In this document: positions 6,904 to 15,817 of the stretch, piece after piece
Layout of the letters: every line of letters starts with the position of its first letter
Position numbering within the stretch: position 1 is the stretch's first letter
Virus record (IMG/VR): IMGVR_UViG_3300022744_000001
Coordinates: 2,022 to 66,021 of that record
Length of the DNA: 64,000 bases
Source: a virus
Direction: 5' to 3' (one strand)
Notes under the pieces: model-generated
Told to the model about the DNA's origin: nothing
The model's input: the letters and a program-made list of their open reading frames with translations, nothing else
The model's database searches: none
Made by a program: the position numbers and the translations under genes

Positions 6904-7241
6904 GGGTCTCGAGGGCAGGGGATTCCGCGCTCCACCCGATCCTTGAGGAACTCTTCGTGGGCCGCGTCCATCTCCTCTGGGGCAAGCGGAGCGCCGAACT
7001 CCCCGCCGTCCATGAGGTCGCGGATCGACATCTTTTCGATCATCATGTCCTCGACGCAGAACATGCCGTAGACCTTTTCCCCGTTCTCGACCATGTAGAC
7101 CTGAACGTAGAGATGCGGGTAGCCGTCCTTGTCGATGACAAGCTGCCAACGCCCGTCCGCAGGTCGAATGACCCCTTGAGCCTGGGGGTCTTCTTCGAAA
7201 CGACTGATCTTGATATCTTGCAGCATGGGGGACTCCTTCAC
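6897..7241 (-). CDS. hypothetical protein (114 aa)
   Basis: ATG ORF convergent with 6511..6903. Coding-like composition. The start could instead be the internal MLQDIK. Confidence 0.5.
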   Translation of the reverse strand: MKESPMLQDIKISRFEEDPQAQGVIRPADGRWQLVIDKDGYPHLYVQVYMVENGEKVYGMFCVEDMMIEKMSIRDLMDGGEFGAPLAPEEMDAAHEEFLKDRVERGIPCPRDPY

Positions 7242-7349
7242 GACCCAACACCGGGTCCGTTAGGGCCGGAGGTCATCCCCCTCACGGCTGTTCATCTACA
7301 AAGTACACCACCTGAACCGGTACCTCAACCCATTTGGTGTCAGAAAAGC

Positions 7350-7682
7350 ATGGCGTGGCTCGGCCCCCGATCGGGCATCCAGTGGTATGTGTACCTTCTC
7401 CGCTCCGAGAAGATCCCCCACCTCTACACGGGCATCACCACCGACCCTGAACGACGCCTGGCCCGCCACAACAACGGCACAGGGGCGAAGTTCACTCGCG
7501 GCCGAGGCCCGTGGTCCATCGCCTACCTCGAGCCCACCATGGACCACCGGGACGCCCTCCGCCGCGAGCGCGAAATCAAAGGCTGGAGCCGAGCCGAGAA
7601 GCTCGAGCTGATCAAGCGACCTTCCGCCGACCCTGTTTCGGCCTCTGCGCCACCGGTGCGACAACGTTCTCGAACTCGGTAA
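7350..7682 (+). CDS. GIY-YIG nuclease superfamily protein (UPF0213/URI-like)
   Basis: WYVYLLRSEKIPHLYTGITTDPERRLARHNNGTGAKFTRGRGPW...ALRREREIKGWSRAEK. The last ~70 nt overlap the convergent helicase ORF. Confidence 0.75.
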   Translation: MAWLGPRSGIQWYVYLLRSEKIPHLYTGITTDPERRLARHNNGTGAKFTRGRGPWSIAYLEPTMDHRDALRREREIKGWSRAEKLELIKRPSADPVSASAPPVRQRSRTR

Positions 7683-10600
7683 GCATGCTGTACAGCTGCT
7701 TCCCGATGCTGAGCCCCACAAGGTAGTTGTCCTCCCCAACGCCCGCCGCTTGAAGAGCCGACTCAGGATCAAGGCCATCCGTGGACACGGACACCGCGAC
7801 CTTTTGCATGAGCAGGTCGTACAGCTGCTCTTGCAGGGTTCCCGCATAGACGGGGAACAAGAGGCGCGTTTCCTTGTCCTGCCCGATGCGGTCAATACGC
7901 CCGCCCGCCTGGCGGAAAATCACCGGGTTGCAAGCAGGGTTCTCCATCCAAATTTCCGTGGAAAAATGGACAAGATTGTTGAGGCCCGTTTGAATGGCCA
8001 CCGGGTTCACGACCAGGATGCGGCGCTTTTTCTTGACGATCTCCCTCGTGATCCAGTCCTGGCGCTTGGCCGTGGGAACCTTGTCCGCGTGCAGGATCGG
8101 GGCCTTTTCCTCCGTGTACTTCTCGAGGAGGGCCGACAGGCGCGGCAACAGGTTCGTGTGCCACGAAAAGACCATCACGTTCCGACCCTCGGCCAGCTCA
8201 TCCAGCACGCGGTCAACGAGCCACTGTTCCTTCGCAAGAAGGGTGTCCCTCGAGAACGGGGCTTGCGACGTGACCAGGTCGCCGCCGACCGACTCCGGAT
8301 AGCGGATCTCGAAATCGCCGCTCTCCACGTTGCCCGTGTCACTGGTCGCCCGGTCCAAGTAGCTCGGAAGCTCGGCAAGCTGCCCAAAGAGCTTGCCCGA
8401 CAGGTCTTCCTTGAAGCGGTCCCGCTTGATACGGTTGACAAGGGCCGTCTGCAACGCCGTGTAGCGCTTGGCCAGCTCTTCACCCGGAGCGACCAGATGC
8501 TTTTCCAGGGTGCACTTGGGCAGATCGATCGCTAGGTCGCTCTTGTGCAACGTGACCGAGATGGGCAAAAGGTGCCGGAGCAGGAAGAGCGGAAGGATGC
8601 CCGGAGCGTCCCCAATCATGCGCTCCGAGCGCTGGACACGATCCGAGTTCGAGCCAAATTCAATGACTTCCCCCTTCTCATCCTTGTCCTGCAAAAGGCG
8701 CTTGCGGTAGCCGTACCGGTCCACGAAGACCGAGCTATCGTCACGGCTGAACTCTTCACGGAATGCGGGCGAAAGAGCCCACATATTCATGAACAGGGAC
8801 TTGGCGTAGCCGTTCATGATCGAGCCGGTTTGAAGGATCGTGGGGATGCCGAGAGACGTCAACCGGTGAGCGGAGATCTCCTGTGCCGAGCCCTCCGTGG
8901 CGTACTCGTGCCCTTCATCGAGCACCAAGAAGTCGAACAGGTCTGGGTAGCGTTCCTTGATGTGTTGAGCCAACGCAACACGGCGAGGCTCCGGAACCGC
9001 CTGATAGAGGTGCTCCCCGCACTCTTCCGACGTCTCGAACCGCGCCACCAAGGCGGCCGAGCGGAGCGCGTTGATCCCCGTGGTCAACCCGTTGCCACGG
9101 CTCCCGTGAACACGAAGCTCCCCGCCGAACCACGAGACCACGACCGAGCCCACCAAGACTTGCTCGTTCTCTTTGGTCACCCGTTCCGCGTTGTTCTTGA
9201 GCACCTGGACCGGAGACCACGACGAGTGCGCGTGCGGGTAAGCCTTAGCCACCTCCGCAAAAGCCGCCGCCTGAACCGGACCCCCCGGAGGCAGGAGCAA
9301 GAGAAGGTCCCGAGCGAAGCTCGAGTACGCCCCGTGACTATCCACCGGGCCCAGCTCCCGCCAAACGCTCACGATCTGCTCAGGAGTCCCGGCCGCGGCG
9401 AGCGCATGGGCCAAAGCCGACTTGACCGCGTCCCCCTGGTGTTCCTTGTACGCCTCGACCAGGAGGCCGATCATATCGTCCAGCTCCCCCGCCTTGAAGC
9501 CAGAGAACACGGGAGGCTTGACCCCATCCTTGAGCTTGGATTCGTAGTGGGTGAGAAACTTCTGGCTCATCCGCTCAGACAAGATCGAGGTCAGGGTGCC
9601 GCTAGTAGGCTTGTGCTTAGCCAGCCGAATCGCCCACTTCTGAACGAGCCGAGCAAGCTCGTTTGCGGAGGTCACCGCCCCGTGCTTGCACCGGGCCCGC
9701 TTTTTGGCCAGGTCCACGACGGGCGTCGTGTGGCCGCACTTGGGGCAACGACCGTTACCCACACCTTCCCAGCCGTGCGAGAGCTTGGCTGTCTCACGCG
9801 AAAGGATGGCGATCACCATCCGGTCACTCGTGTTGGTCGCGACCGCTTCGATGTCCGAAACCGAGGACAGAACCCGAACCTCAGCCTCGGGCACCACCAC
9901 CGCGATCTCGTCCGCCCACGACTTGAGCAAGTGCGGAGGACACATCACAAGGAGCCGACGAACGCCAACCGTCTTGGCTGTCATCAGGGCGACCGTGGTC
10001 TTGCCCGAGCCGATCTCGCCGAGCAGGATTGCACCCTTGCCCTTGCGCTGGGCTCGAGTCGCATTGAGGCCGCCCAGGAGCTTGACCAAAGCGCGCGAGG
10101 CATGGGCCTGGGCCGTGAACAGCTTGCGGGGCGACGAAGCGAGCGGGATGGAGGCCGCATCCCGACGAGGGTCGTACAGGATCGGGCACTGCCGTTCCAT
10201 GACGCCCATGAGAGACTTGCCGTAGTGCTTGAGCAGGTCTGCCACAGTCATGGTTTCGACTGCGACTTTCCCCTTGGTCTCCGACCCCGAACCCAACACG
10301 TGGTACTTGTGGGTTTCCATGTCGAGCACGGTCACAACCAGCTTGGGCTGTTGAACCTGCACAACGCCGACCACATCGCCATCCTTGTTGGTCTTTTCCT
10401 CGACCGTACGGTACTCACGATCAAAGACGCCCTTGACGAGCAGAGGCGGGAGGACCCCGGGCACGTCCGGATCGATACGCGACCCGTTGAAGAGCCCCGA
10501 CGCGATACCAGCCGCGATGTGGGCCGGGCGCGGGGGCGTCGCCACTGGGTAGCGGCGCAAAAGCAGGTCCTGGACAGGTAGAGCCGGAAGGACACCCGAC

Positions 10601-11412
10601 ACCGGGATCTTCTGGCCGCCACGGCTCGTCTGAGTCCAAGGGCGAGCCTTGCTCAGGAGCGTGGTCAGGTCCACGGGCCGGATCTGCCAGCTACCAAGCC
10701 CCGTCTCGTAGTATTCGCCCGTCGGCAGGGTGTACAAGGGCGCGGAGCCCTCTTCTGGCAGCTCCGGAATGCTCGAGGCATCCGCCGCCCAGCCTTGAAC
10801 CTGGGTCACGATGGCCGCGTCAGGCGTAGCAATTGGGTCGCACTTGCGGGCAACCAACACGACTTGCTTGAACCCCTCGAAATCAGCCCCGGGGAACCGG
10901 AAACACTGGACGTTGACGAACTCCCGCCCCAGAAGCTCCACCGAGGCGGCAAGGGCGTAGAAGGGTACAACGAACATGAGCACGCCGCCCGTGGCCAGGA
11001 CGGCCGCAAAGCGGGCCAGGAAACGATGCTCGAGGCGACCATGCACCCGGTCAGTGTCATAGGGCGGGTTCAGGTAGAGAAGCCCGATTCCCTTGCGGCG
11101 GTCGAAATCCCACACAACGCGGAAAGCATCGCCATGGAGGGCGTTTTGACCCGATGTGTAGCTGAACCGAGACAGGTTGGCTTTGGCCGCCGCCGCTCGG
11201 ATCGCTTCCATCTCGCAGACGTACACTTCACTGCTTGCAGCCTGGAGGTGCTCTTTGATGGCCAGGATCGCCGCCGCGTCGCCCGCACAAGGGTCAGCGA
11301 ACGATGTCCGCGCCTCTTTCCCCACCGGCGAGAGAAGGCCCGCGATACGCGGAAGAAGATGGGTCGGGGTTGGGTAATACCCCGCGACTGCTATGGATTC
11401 AGGGCGTGCCAT
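7612..11412 (-). CDS. N6-adenine DNA methyltransferase fused to SNF2-family helicase
   Basis: 1266 aa. The N-terminus has AdoMet motif FADPCAGDAAAIL followed by catalytic LNPPYD. The C-terminal part has GEIGSGKTTVAL (Walker A), LVLDEGHEY (motif II) and QAGGRIDRIGQ (motif VI). A CPKCGH...C zinc ribbon lies between. Confidence 0.85.
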   Translation of the reverse strand: MARPESIAVAGYYPTPTHLLPRIAGLLSPVGKEARTSFADPCAGDAAAILAIKEHLQAASSEVYVCEMEAIRAAAAKANLSRFSYTSGQNALHGDAFRVVWDFDRRKGIGLLYLNPPYDTDRVHGRLEHRFLARFAAVLATGGVLMFVVPFYALAASVELLGREFVNVQCFRFPGADFEGFKQVVLVARKCDPIATPDAAIVTQVQGWAADASSIPELPEEGSAPLYTLPTGEYYETGLGSWQIRPVDLTTLLSKARPWTQTSRGGQKIPVSGVLPALPVQDLLLRRYPVATPPRPAHIAAGIASGLFNGSRIDPDVPGVLPPLLVKGVFDREYRTVEEKTNKDGDVVGVVQVQQPKLVVTVLDMETHKYHVLGSGSETKGKVAVETMTVADLLKHYGKSLMGVMERQCPILYDPRRDAASIPLASSPRKLFTAQAHASRALVKLLGGLNATRAQRKGKGAILLGEIGSGKTTVALMTAKTVGVRRLLVMCPPHLLKSWADEIAVVVPEAEVRVLSSVSDIEAVATNTSDRMVIAILSRETAKLSHGWEGVGNGRCPKCGHTTPVVDLAKKRARCKHGAVTSANELARLVQKWAIRLAKHKPTSGTLTSILSERMSQKFLTHYESKLKDGVKPPVFSGFKAGELDDMIGLLVEAYKEHQGDAVKSALAHALAAAGTPEQIVSVWRELGPVDSHGAYSSFARDLLLLLPPGGPVQAAAFAEVAKAYPHAHSSWSPVQVLKNNAERVTKENEQVLVGSVVVSWFGGELRVHGSRGNGLTTGINALRSAALVARFETSEECGEHLYQAVPEPRRVALAQHIKERYPDLFDFLVLDEGHEYATEGSAQEISAHRLTSLGIPTILQTGSIMNGYAKSLFMNMWALSPAFREEFSRDDSSVFVDRYGYRKRLLQDKDEKGEVIEFGSNSDRVQRSERMIGDAPGILPLFLLRHLLPISVTLHKSDLAIDLPKCTLEKHLVAPGEELAKRYTALQTALVNRIKRDRFKEDLSGKLFGQLAELPSYLDRATSDTGNVESGDFEIRYPESVGGDLVTSQAPFSRDTLLAKEQWLVDRVLDELAEGRNVMVFSWHTNLLPRLSALLEKYTEEKAPILHADKVPTAKRQDWITREIVKKKRRILVVNPVAIQTGLNNLVHFSTEIWMENPACNPVIFRQAGGRIDRIGQDKETRLLFPVYAGTLQEQLYDLLMQKVAVSVSTDGLDPESALQAAGVGEDNYLVGLSIGKQLYSMLTEFENVVAPVAQRPKQGRRKVA

Positions 11413-11656
11413 TGGCCTTCACCTTATCGCGGTAGATTTCAGCACAACTGACACAGGTGTGGTCGAGGTGTTTCTCCGTGATCGGAACCTCAAGATCCCA
11501 ACCCTGCCCCGCCTTCGGGTGACCACAAAGAGCCGCGGTCTGGATGCCGCCCCCGAACTTGAGGGGCATGCCTTCCGAAACCGGTCGGATGTGCCAACGA
11601 GCCAACGGCCCCGCATGGATACTCTCACAGAAGGAGTAGGTAACCTTGTTCGACAC
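11399..11656 (-). CDS. hypothetical small Cys-containing protein (85 aa)
   Basis: Its stop overlaps the start of the helicase gene by 14 nt, consistent with an operon. Contains HTCVSCAEIY. No family recognised. Confidence 0.5.
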   Translation of the reverse strand: MSNKVTYSFCESIHAGPLARWHIRPVSEGMPLKFGGGIQTAALCGHPKAGQGWDLEVPITEKHLDHTCVSCAEIYRDKVKANGTP

Positions 11657-11701
11657 TTGAACCTCTACCCCTAGAACGTGCGAGCCCCAGAGAATCTATA
11701 C

Positions 11702-12523
11702 TCAGACGTGCTCGAAAAACAACGACACCTGCTCAGCCAGGACTTGCTCGATCTGGGCATGGTTCGCACTGAAGGCTACACCTCGGCTGTAGCCCAAGGT
11801 CTCGGCGCGCTCGACACGGAACCCGAGCCGGGATGCCTCCCCGAAAGGAGGCGAGCCGTAGTGATGGCCCGAATTTGGGTAGGAAGCGAGCCCCTGCCCC
11901 AGGCAGGCGATGAGAAGCTGTAGGTAAAACCGCCCGTCCTGCAAGATGGGGCACCGAGTCCGCCGATCCAGGTAGGCCACGAACAGGAAAGCCGTGGGCA
12001 CGAGCTTGGCCAACGCCTCTTCGGACAGGGCCTCAGCCTCCCGCGCCTTCTCAGGCAGCATGGCCCGAACGTGCTGAACGATGGGACCCACCTCCACCCG
12101 CTGCTGAGCAGCCCACGTATCGGTAGGCAGCACGATGAATTTCGCCCCGGCCGGATCCACCATGCCAGGCTCCAGCTCGAACAGCTCAGGCAGGAAAAGG
12201 GTCGCAATTGTGCCCTCCGCCTCTTTCTGCCAAGTCACCTTGAACCCGCTCGACTTCAAGACCTCGAGCCGGTCTTCCTTCTTGCGGTACGAGTGGTCTT
12301 TCTGGGTGAAAGCCGCCTTGCGCCCCGACAGCAGGTTCATGACGAAGGGGCGTAGCTCAGCTTCCGACCCCGCAAAGGACACGTGCACCGGCCGAACGTT
12401 GTCCGTGTCGGTCGCGCCACCCTCCCACAAGGCATCCGCCTCGACCAAGGTCAGGCACGAAGCCGAGAAGGATCTGGACTTCCCCTCTTGTTGCGGCGCG
12501 ATGACGATTTCACGGTGGTTCAT
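11702..12523 (-). CDS. hypothetical protein (273 aa) between the two methyltransferase genes
   Basis: ATG ORF on the same strand as its neighbours with tight spacing. No motif recognised. Confidence 0.6.
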   Translation of the reverse strand: MNHREIVIAPQQEGKSRSFSASCLTLVEADALWEGGATDTDNVRPVHVSFAGSEAELRPFVMNLLSGRKAAFTQKDHSYRKKEDRLEVLKSSGFKVTWQKEAEGTIATLFLPELFELEPGMVDPAGAKFIVLPTDTWAAQQRVEVGPIVQHVRAMLPEKAREAEALSEEALAKLVPTAFLFVAYLDRRTRCPILQDGRFYLQLLIACLGQGLASYPNSGHHYGSPPFGEASRLGFRVERAETLGYSRGVAFSANHAQIEQVLAEQVSLFFEHV

Positions 12524-12578
12524 TTCCCAGACAAACTACTAGGTATTTGACTACCTGGCAATAGGGTAGACCGTAAAT

Positions 12579-14231
12579 TCAATCGTCGGATAGCGCGAGG
12601 TCGAGGATGGAGGTCTCGTTTTGGTCGATGGGTTTGGGTACCTCTACCGGGGCGGGTGGAGGTGCTGACTCCGCTCTCTTTTCGGGGCTTGAGGCTTCGA
12701 TGATGCGGTATTGTGCTCGAGCGATGTACCCCTCGTGCTTCTCGATGGCCACGAAGTTCACCCCCTCGAGAATGGCTGCCACGGCCGTTGTGCCCGAACC
12801 CACGTAGGGGTCGAGGACCACGCCGCCCGGGGGCGTCACGAGGCGCACTAGGTACCTCATCAGCTTGAGAGGCTTCACCGTCGGGTGCTGCTCCGCTCCC
12901 TCGACATCGACCTTCTCCGACGAGGGTGCTTTCGCGCAATAGGTGAACGGGGCATCGGGCTCGAATTGGGCGAAAAAGCGGGAGGCCCCGCCGGAGTCTC
13001 CGCGAGCAATAAAATAAACAGCCCCCTCAAAGGATCGACTTGACCCTCCGCCATGCGAGGTAAGAAGTCCGCTTTGATCATCCAGCTCTTTGCTCGGGCA
13101 CCCAGGGGCGCACTCGTAGACCGGGACTTGCTCTTCCCCGTTCTCATCTCCCGTCTGGGTGCTTGTGTACTCGTGCCCAGCCCCCTCACCAAAGGGTTTC
13201 ATGCCGTCGTCGAACCGGTTGATCACCGGGGCCTTGACCCTCTTGGTACCTACGACTTTGCACCCGTCGCTGTGCACGAGGATGAAGTTCGCAGGCCAAC
13301 GACCCAAAGCCTCAGCCTTGGCAACTTTGGCCGCCATGTCCTGCTTGTAGTCGTCTTTGCGGCCCTCATCGTGCATCCAAGGGCGGTCCCACTCGGGACC
13401 ACCGCACGTGTTGGTCATGTCCGTAGGGCCGCCGAGCCGACCGCCACCCAGAGCGTCGTTTGTCCTGACCCGACACCCGTCGATGTTGATCGCCCCCGTG
13501 CCCGTCGCGAGCACCTGGGCCACCACGGACTTCTCCGCAATGGGCTTGCGGAACACGAGGATGGGCTCCCAGCTCGGCTTCAACGCCGTGCCCCAGCCCT
13601 CCCACTTTTTCGCTTCCTCAGTCGCGGGCTCCGTAACCGGAATGTCGATGCCCACCTGCTTGGCCCCGACCCCATAGGCCCCCACGCCTTTACCGCCCTC
13701 ATCGGTCGTCTGCCGGACCTCTTTACCGTTCACGATGTCATTGAGGTTCTCGCCCCCAACGCCACGCTTGGTACCCACGACCTTGCGCTTGGCCCCCTTC
13801 TTCTTGTCGATGGCCTTGTCGATGCTGTGGGACTTCGGGAAGCCCTGCGACTGCACCCACTGCATGACGCTTTGAGGTCCAAACTGGGTTGCAATCGTGT
13901 CGCGGTTCTCGAACCCCGCCATGCGAATGCCCATCGACATGAGGTCGAAGGTTCGAGTGCCCGCGAACGCGAGAAGATGGCCCCCGGGCTTGAGCACGCG
14001 GAAGCACTCCTTCCAAACCGAGACGGGCGGGATGTCCCACGGCTTGTTCATGAAGTCGCCCGTTTTCAGCTCCGCGCCTTGAAGGTAGGCGATGAGTTCT
14101 TCGGGCGTCGGGTGCTCGTTTCCAAGCCCGTACGGCGGGTCGGTACAGATGGAATCAACCGACTCGTCTGGTAGGGTTTTGAGTATGGCTAAGCAGTCGC
14201 CATGATGCAGGGTGTTCAGCTCGAGGGACAT
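12579..14231 (-). CDS. DNA methyltransferase (beta-order N6A/N4C type) with large insert
   Basis: 550 aa. N-terminal catalytic motif CTDPPYG and C-terminal AdoMet motif VLDPYVGSGTTAVAA. GRWPAN and HPTVKPLKLMRYL blocks are present. A ~250-aa insert lies between the motifs. Confidence 0.85.
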   Translation of the reverse strand: MSLELNTLHHGDCLAILKTLPDESVDSICTDPPYGLGNEHPTPEELIAYLQGAELKTGDFMNKPWDIPPVSVWKECFRVLKPGGHLLAFAGTRTFDLMSMGIRMAGFENRDTIATQFGPQSVMQWVQSQGFPKSHSIDKAIDKKKGAKRKVVGTKRGVGGENLNDIVNGKEVRQTTDEGGKGVGAYGVGAKQVGIDIPVTEPATEEAKKWEGWGTALKPSWEPILVFRKPIAEKSVVAQVLATGTGAINIDGCRVRTNDALGGGRLGGPTDMTNTCGGPEWDRPWMHDEGRKDDYKQDMAAKVAKAEALGRWPANFILVHSDGCKVVGTKRVKAPVINRFDDGMKPFGEGAGHEYTSTQTGDENGEEQVPVYECAPGCPSKELDDQSGLLTSHGGGSSRSFEGAVYFIARGDSGGASRFFAQFEPDAPFTYCAKAPSSEKVDVEGAEQHPTVKPLKLMRYLVRLVTPPGGVVLDPYVGSGTTAVAAILEGVNFVAIEKHEGYIARAQYRIIEASSPEKRAESAPPPAPVEVPKPIDQNETSILDLALSDD

Positions 14232-14255
14232 GCGCGCCCGGAGGTTTACACCGGG

Positions 14256-15548
14256 TCAGTGCCCGCGAAGTTTCGCTTCCCAAGCCTCACGGCAATAGAG
14301 GGCGATGACACTGGGGGAAGCCTGCACAGCGGACATGCTCTTCTTGAGAATGGGGGTCCGGTTGCCCATCACCAGCTCGATGTCCACCTTGTCCCCGAAC
14401 TTGATCTGGACATTGAGGTTCGCATCAAGGTCCTGGTCGGGCAGGATCGGGCTGCTCTTCAACCACACGCGGATCGACCACGTGTCACTTTGCTGGCGAG
14501 GCGACCCGTAATCCCAGTTGAGGAAGCCCGAGACGTTCTCGTACTTCTCGACCCGGCTGAGTTCCTCGTGCAGGGAACGAAGCTGGTTGTTGAGGTACTC
14601 CCCCAGAACGCTCATGAACGTGGACTGGAGCGTAATGAGCTGCGCTTCGTAGTTGAGGCGAAGGACGCTCGAGGGCTCGAGCGCGGTCTTGACCACCAGG
14701 CTGGCAGCAATGTCCTGAGTCGTCTCCGACGCAGTCAACGTGTCCGCCTCATCCAGATCACGCACGTGAAGCGAGGCGGTCTTGAGTTCACGCTTGACCG
14801 TCTCGATGATCTCTTTCTTGTACTTCGTCCAAGCGCCCGGGGTGAACGACGACCGGTCATGCAGGAACGGAAGCATCTTCTGGGAGATGATTTGGCTGTC
14901 CGAGTAGTCCTCGCTGATCAGGTGCAGGTACGTACGAACGTCCTCTTCCGTGATCCCCGCATCCGGCCACTGCCGCTGAATCGCCTTGGCCGCCTCAATC
15001 GCCGCGTGGTCAATCTCCGACTCCGACGCTTCCCCAGGGCCGGAGATGAGGTCCCCCATGTCCGAGAGGTCGTTCTTCACCACGCCACGCTGGCGAACTT
15101 CCTGCCTGCGGTAGGAGTCGCGAAGGTGGTTGATCAGAGTCGTTCGAAGAAGCCTTTGGGCCTCGTCGTAGGTCTTGCCTTCCCAGTGCAGCATGCCTCG
15201 CTTGGCTTTGTCGATGAGCATGCCCATGGCTTCAACCAAGAAGTCCTGGGCCGCTTCTTTGCCCCCCACGTTCTTGATTGCCCACTTGAGCGCCGAGATG
15301 CCGACTTCCCGCCCGTACGTCGGAGGCACGTGGCGGTTGTCGATCTGGCGGATGTTCTGCGGGGGCGTTGCAAGCGGAGGCAGCTCCGTAACGCCCAGGA
15401 GATGGAAGAGCCCCATCGCCACCTGGCCAAAACCATCCGCAACCGACGTGACCGCGATGCGAAGGTGGAAGTACATATTGGCAGTACGTACGCTCCACGG
15501 AGAAGTAGAGGCAGTCCTGCGGAGGAGGTCGGTGGTGAGGTCGAGCAT
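14256..15548 (-). CDS. hypothetical protein, weakly sigma-70 region-2-like
   Basis: 431 aa from ATG 15548, 24 nt downstream of the upstream stop. Segments AAQDFLVEAMGML and TLINHLRDSYRRQEVRQR resemble sigma regions 2.1-2.4. Otherwise unrecognised. Confidence 0.5.
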   Translation of the reverse strand: MLDLTTDLLRRTASTSPWSVRTANMYFHLRIAVTSVADGFGQVAMGLFHLLGVTELPPLATPPQNIRQIDNRHVPPTYGREVGISALKWAIKNVGGKEAAQDFLVEAMGMLIDKAKRGMLHWEGKTYDEAQRLLRTTLINHLRDSYRRQEVRQRGVVKNDLSDMGDLISGPGEASESEIDHAAIEAAKAIQRQWPDAGITEEDVRTYLHLISEDYSDSQIISQKMLPFLHDRSSFTPGAWTKYKKEIIETVKRELKTASLHVRDLDEADTLTASETTQDIAASLVVKTALEPSSVLRLNYEAQLITLQSTFMSVLGEYLNNQLRSLHEELSRVEKYENVSGFLNWDYGSPRQQSDTWSIRVWLKSSPILPDQDLDANLNVQIKFGDKVDIELVMGNRTPILKKSMSAVQASPSVIALYCREAWEAKLRGH

Positions 15549-15571
15549 CACTTCGGCGATGAATAAGAAGA

Positions 15572-15817
15572 TCAGTCGGGGTCTGACTGCCCCGTCGTCT
15601 GTTGCCAGAGCTGGTCTCGAGCCCGGAGCTTCTTGATCTCCGCCACGCACCAGGCCAGGTGGTTGTCGTGTGCCTCGTCCTCGATGCGACCCGTGCCGCT
15701 ACAAGTCGGGCAGGTCCCTTCCGGCTGCCCATACGGACCCAGATAGCCCTCCCCGCCGCAACGGGGGCAGTCAACGGCGAGGAGGGCTTGGATAGCGGGG
15801 AGCCGGTCGTCACTCAT
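15572..15817 (-). CDS. small DnaJ-type CxxCxGxG zinc-finger protein
   Basis: CPRCGGEG and CPTCSGTG repeats. 81 aa. The start overlaps the upstream stop by 4 nt. Confidence 0.6.
   Translation of the reverse strand: MSDDRLPAIQALLAVDCPRCGGEGYLGPYGQPEGTCPTCSGTGRIEDEAHDNHLAWCVAEIKKLRARDQLWQQTTGQSDPD

Noticed and set aside
6513-7682. 389-aa ORF spanning several genes
   Set aside because: Only the last ~110 residues (GIY-YIG domain, from ATG 7350) look like protein. The upstream part overlaps better ORFs on both strands and is Arg/Pro-rich.
8545-10581. 678-aa plus-strand ORF, and similar long antisense ORFs (13053..14174, 14202..15566, 15823..16896, 19088..20518, 21101..22552, 31129..32091, 32178..33149, 47830..48576, 58003..59271)
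   Set aside because: Each lies antisense to a gene with recognisable catalytic motifs or better composition. Their translations are Arg/Pro/Gly/His-rich low-complexity strings, typical of shadow ORFs in GC-rich DNA.
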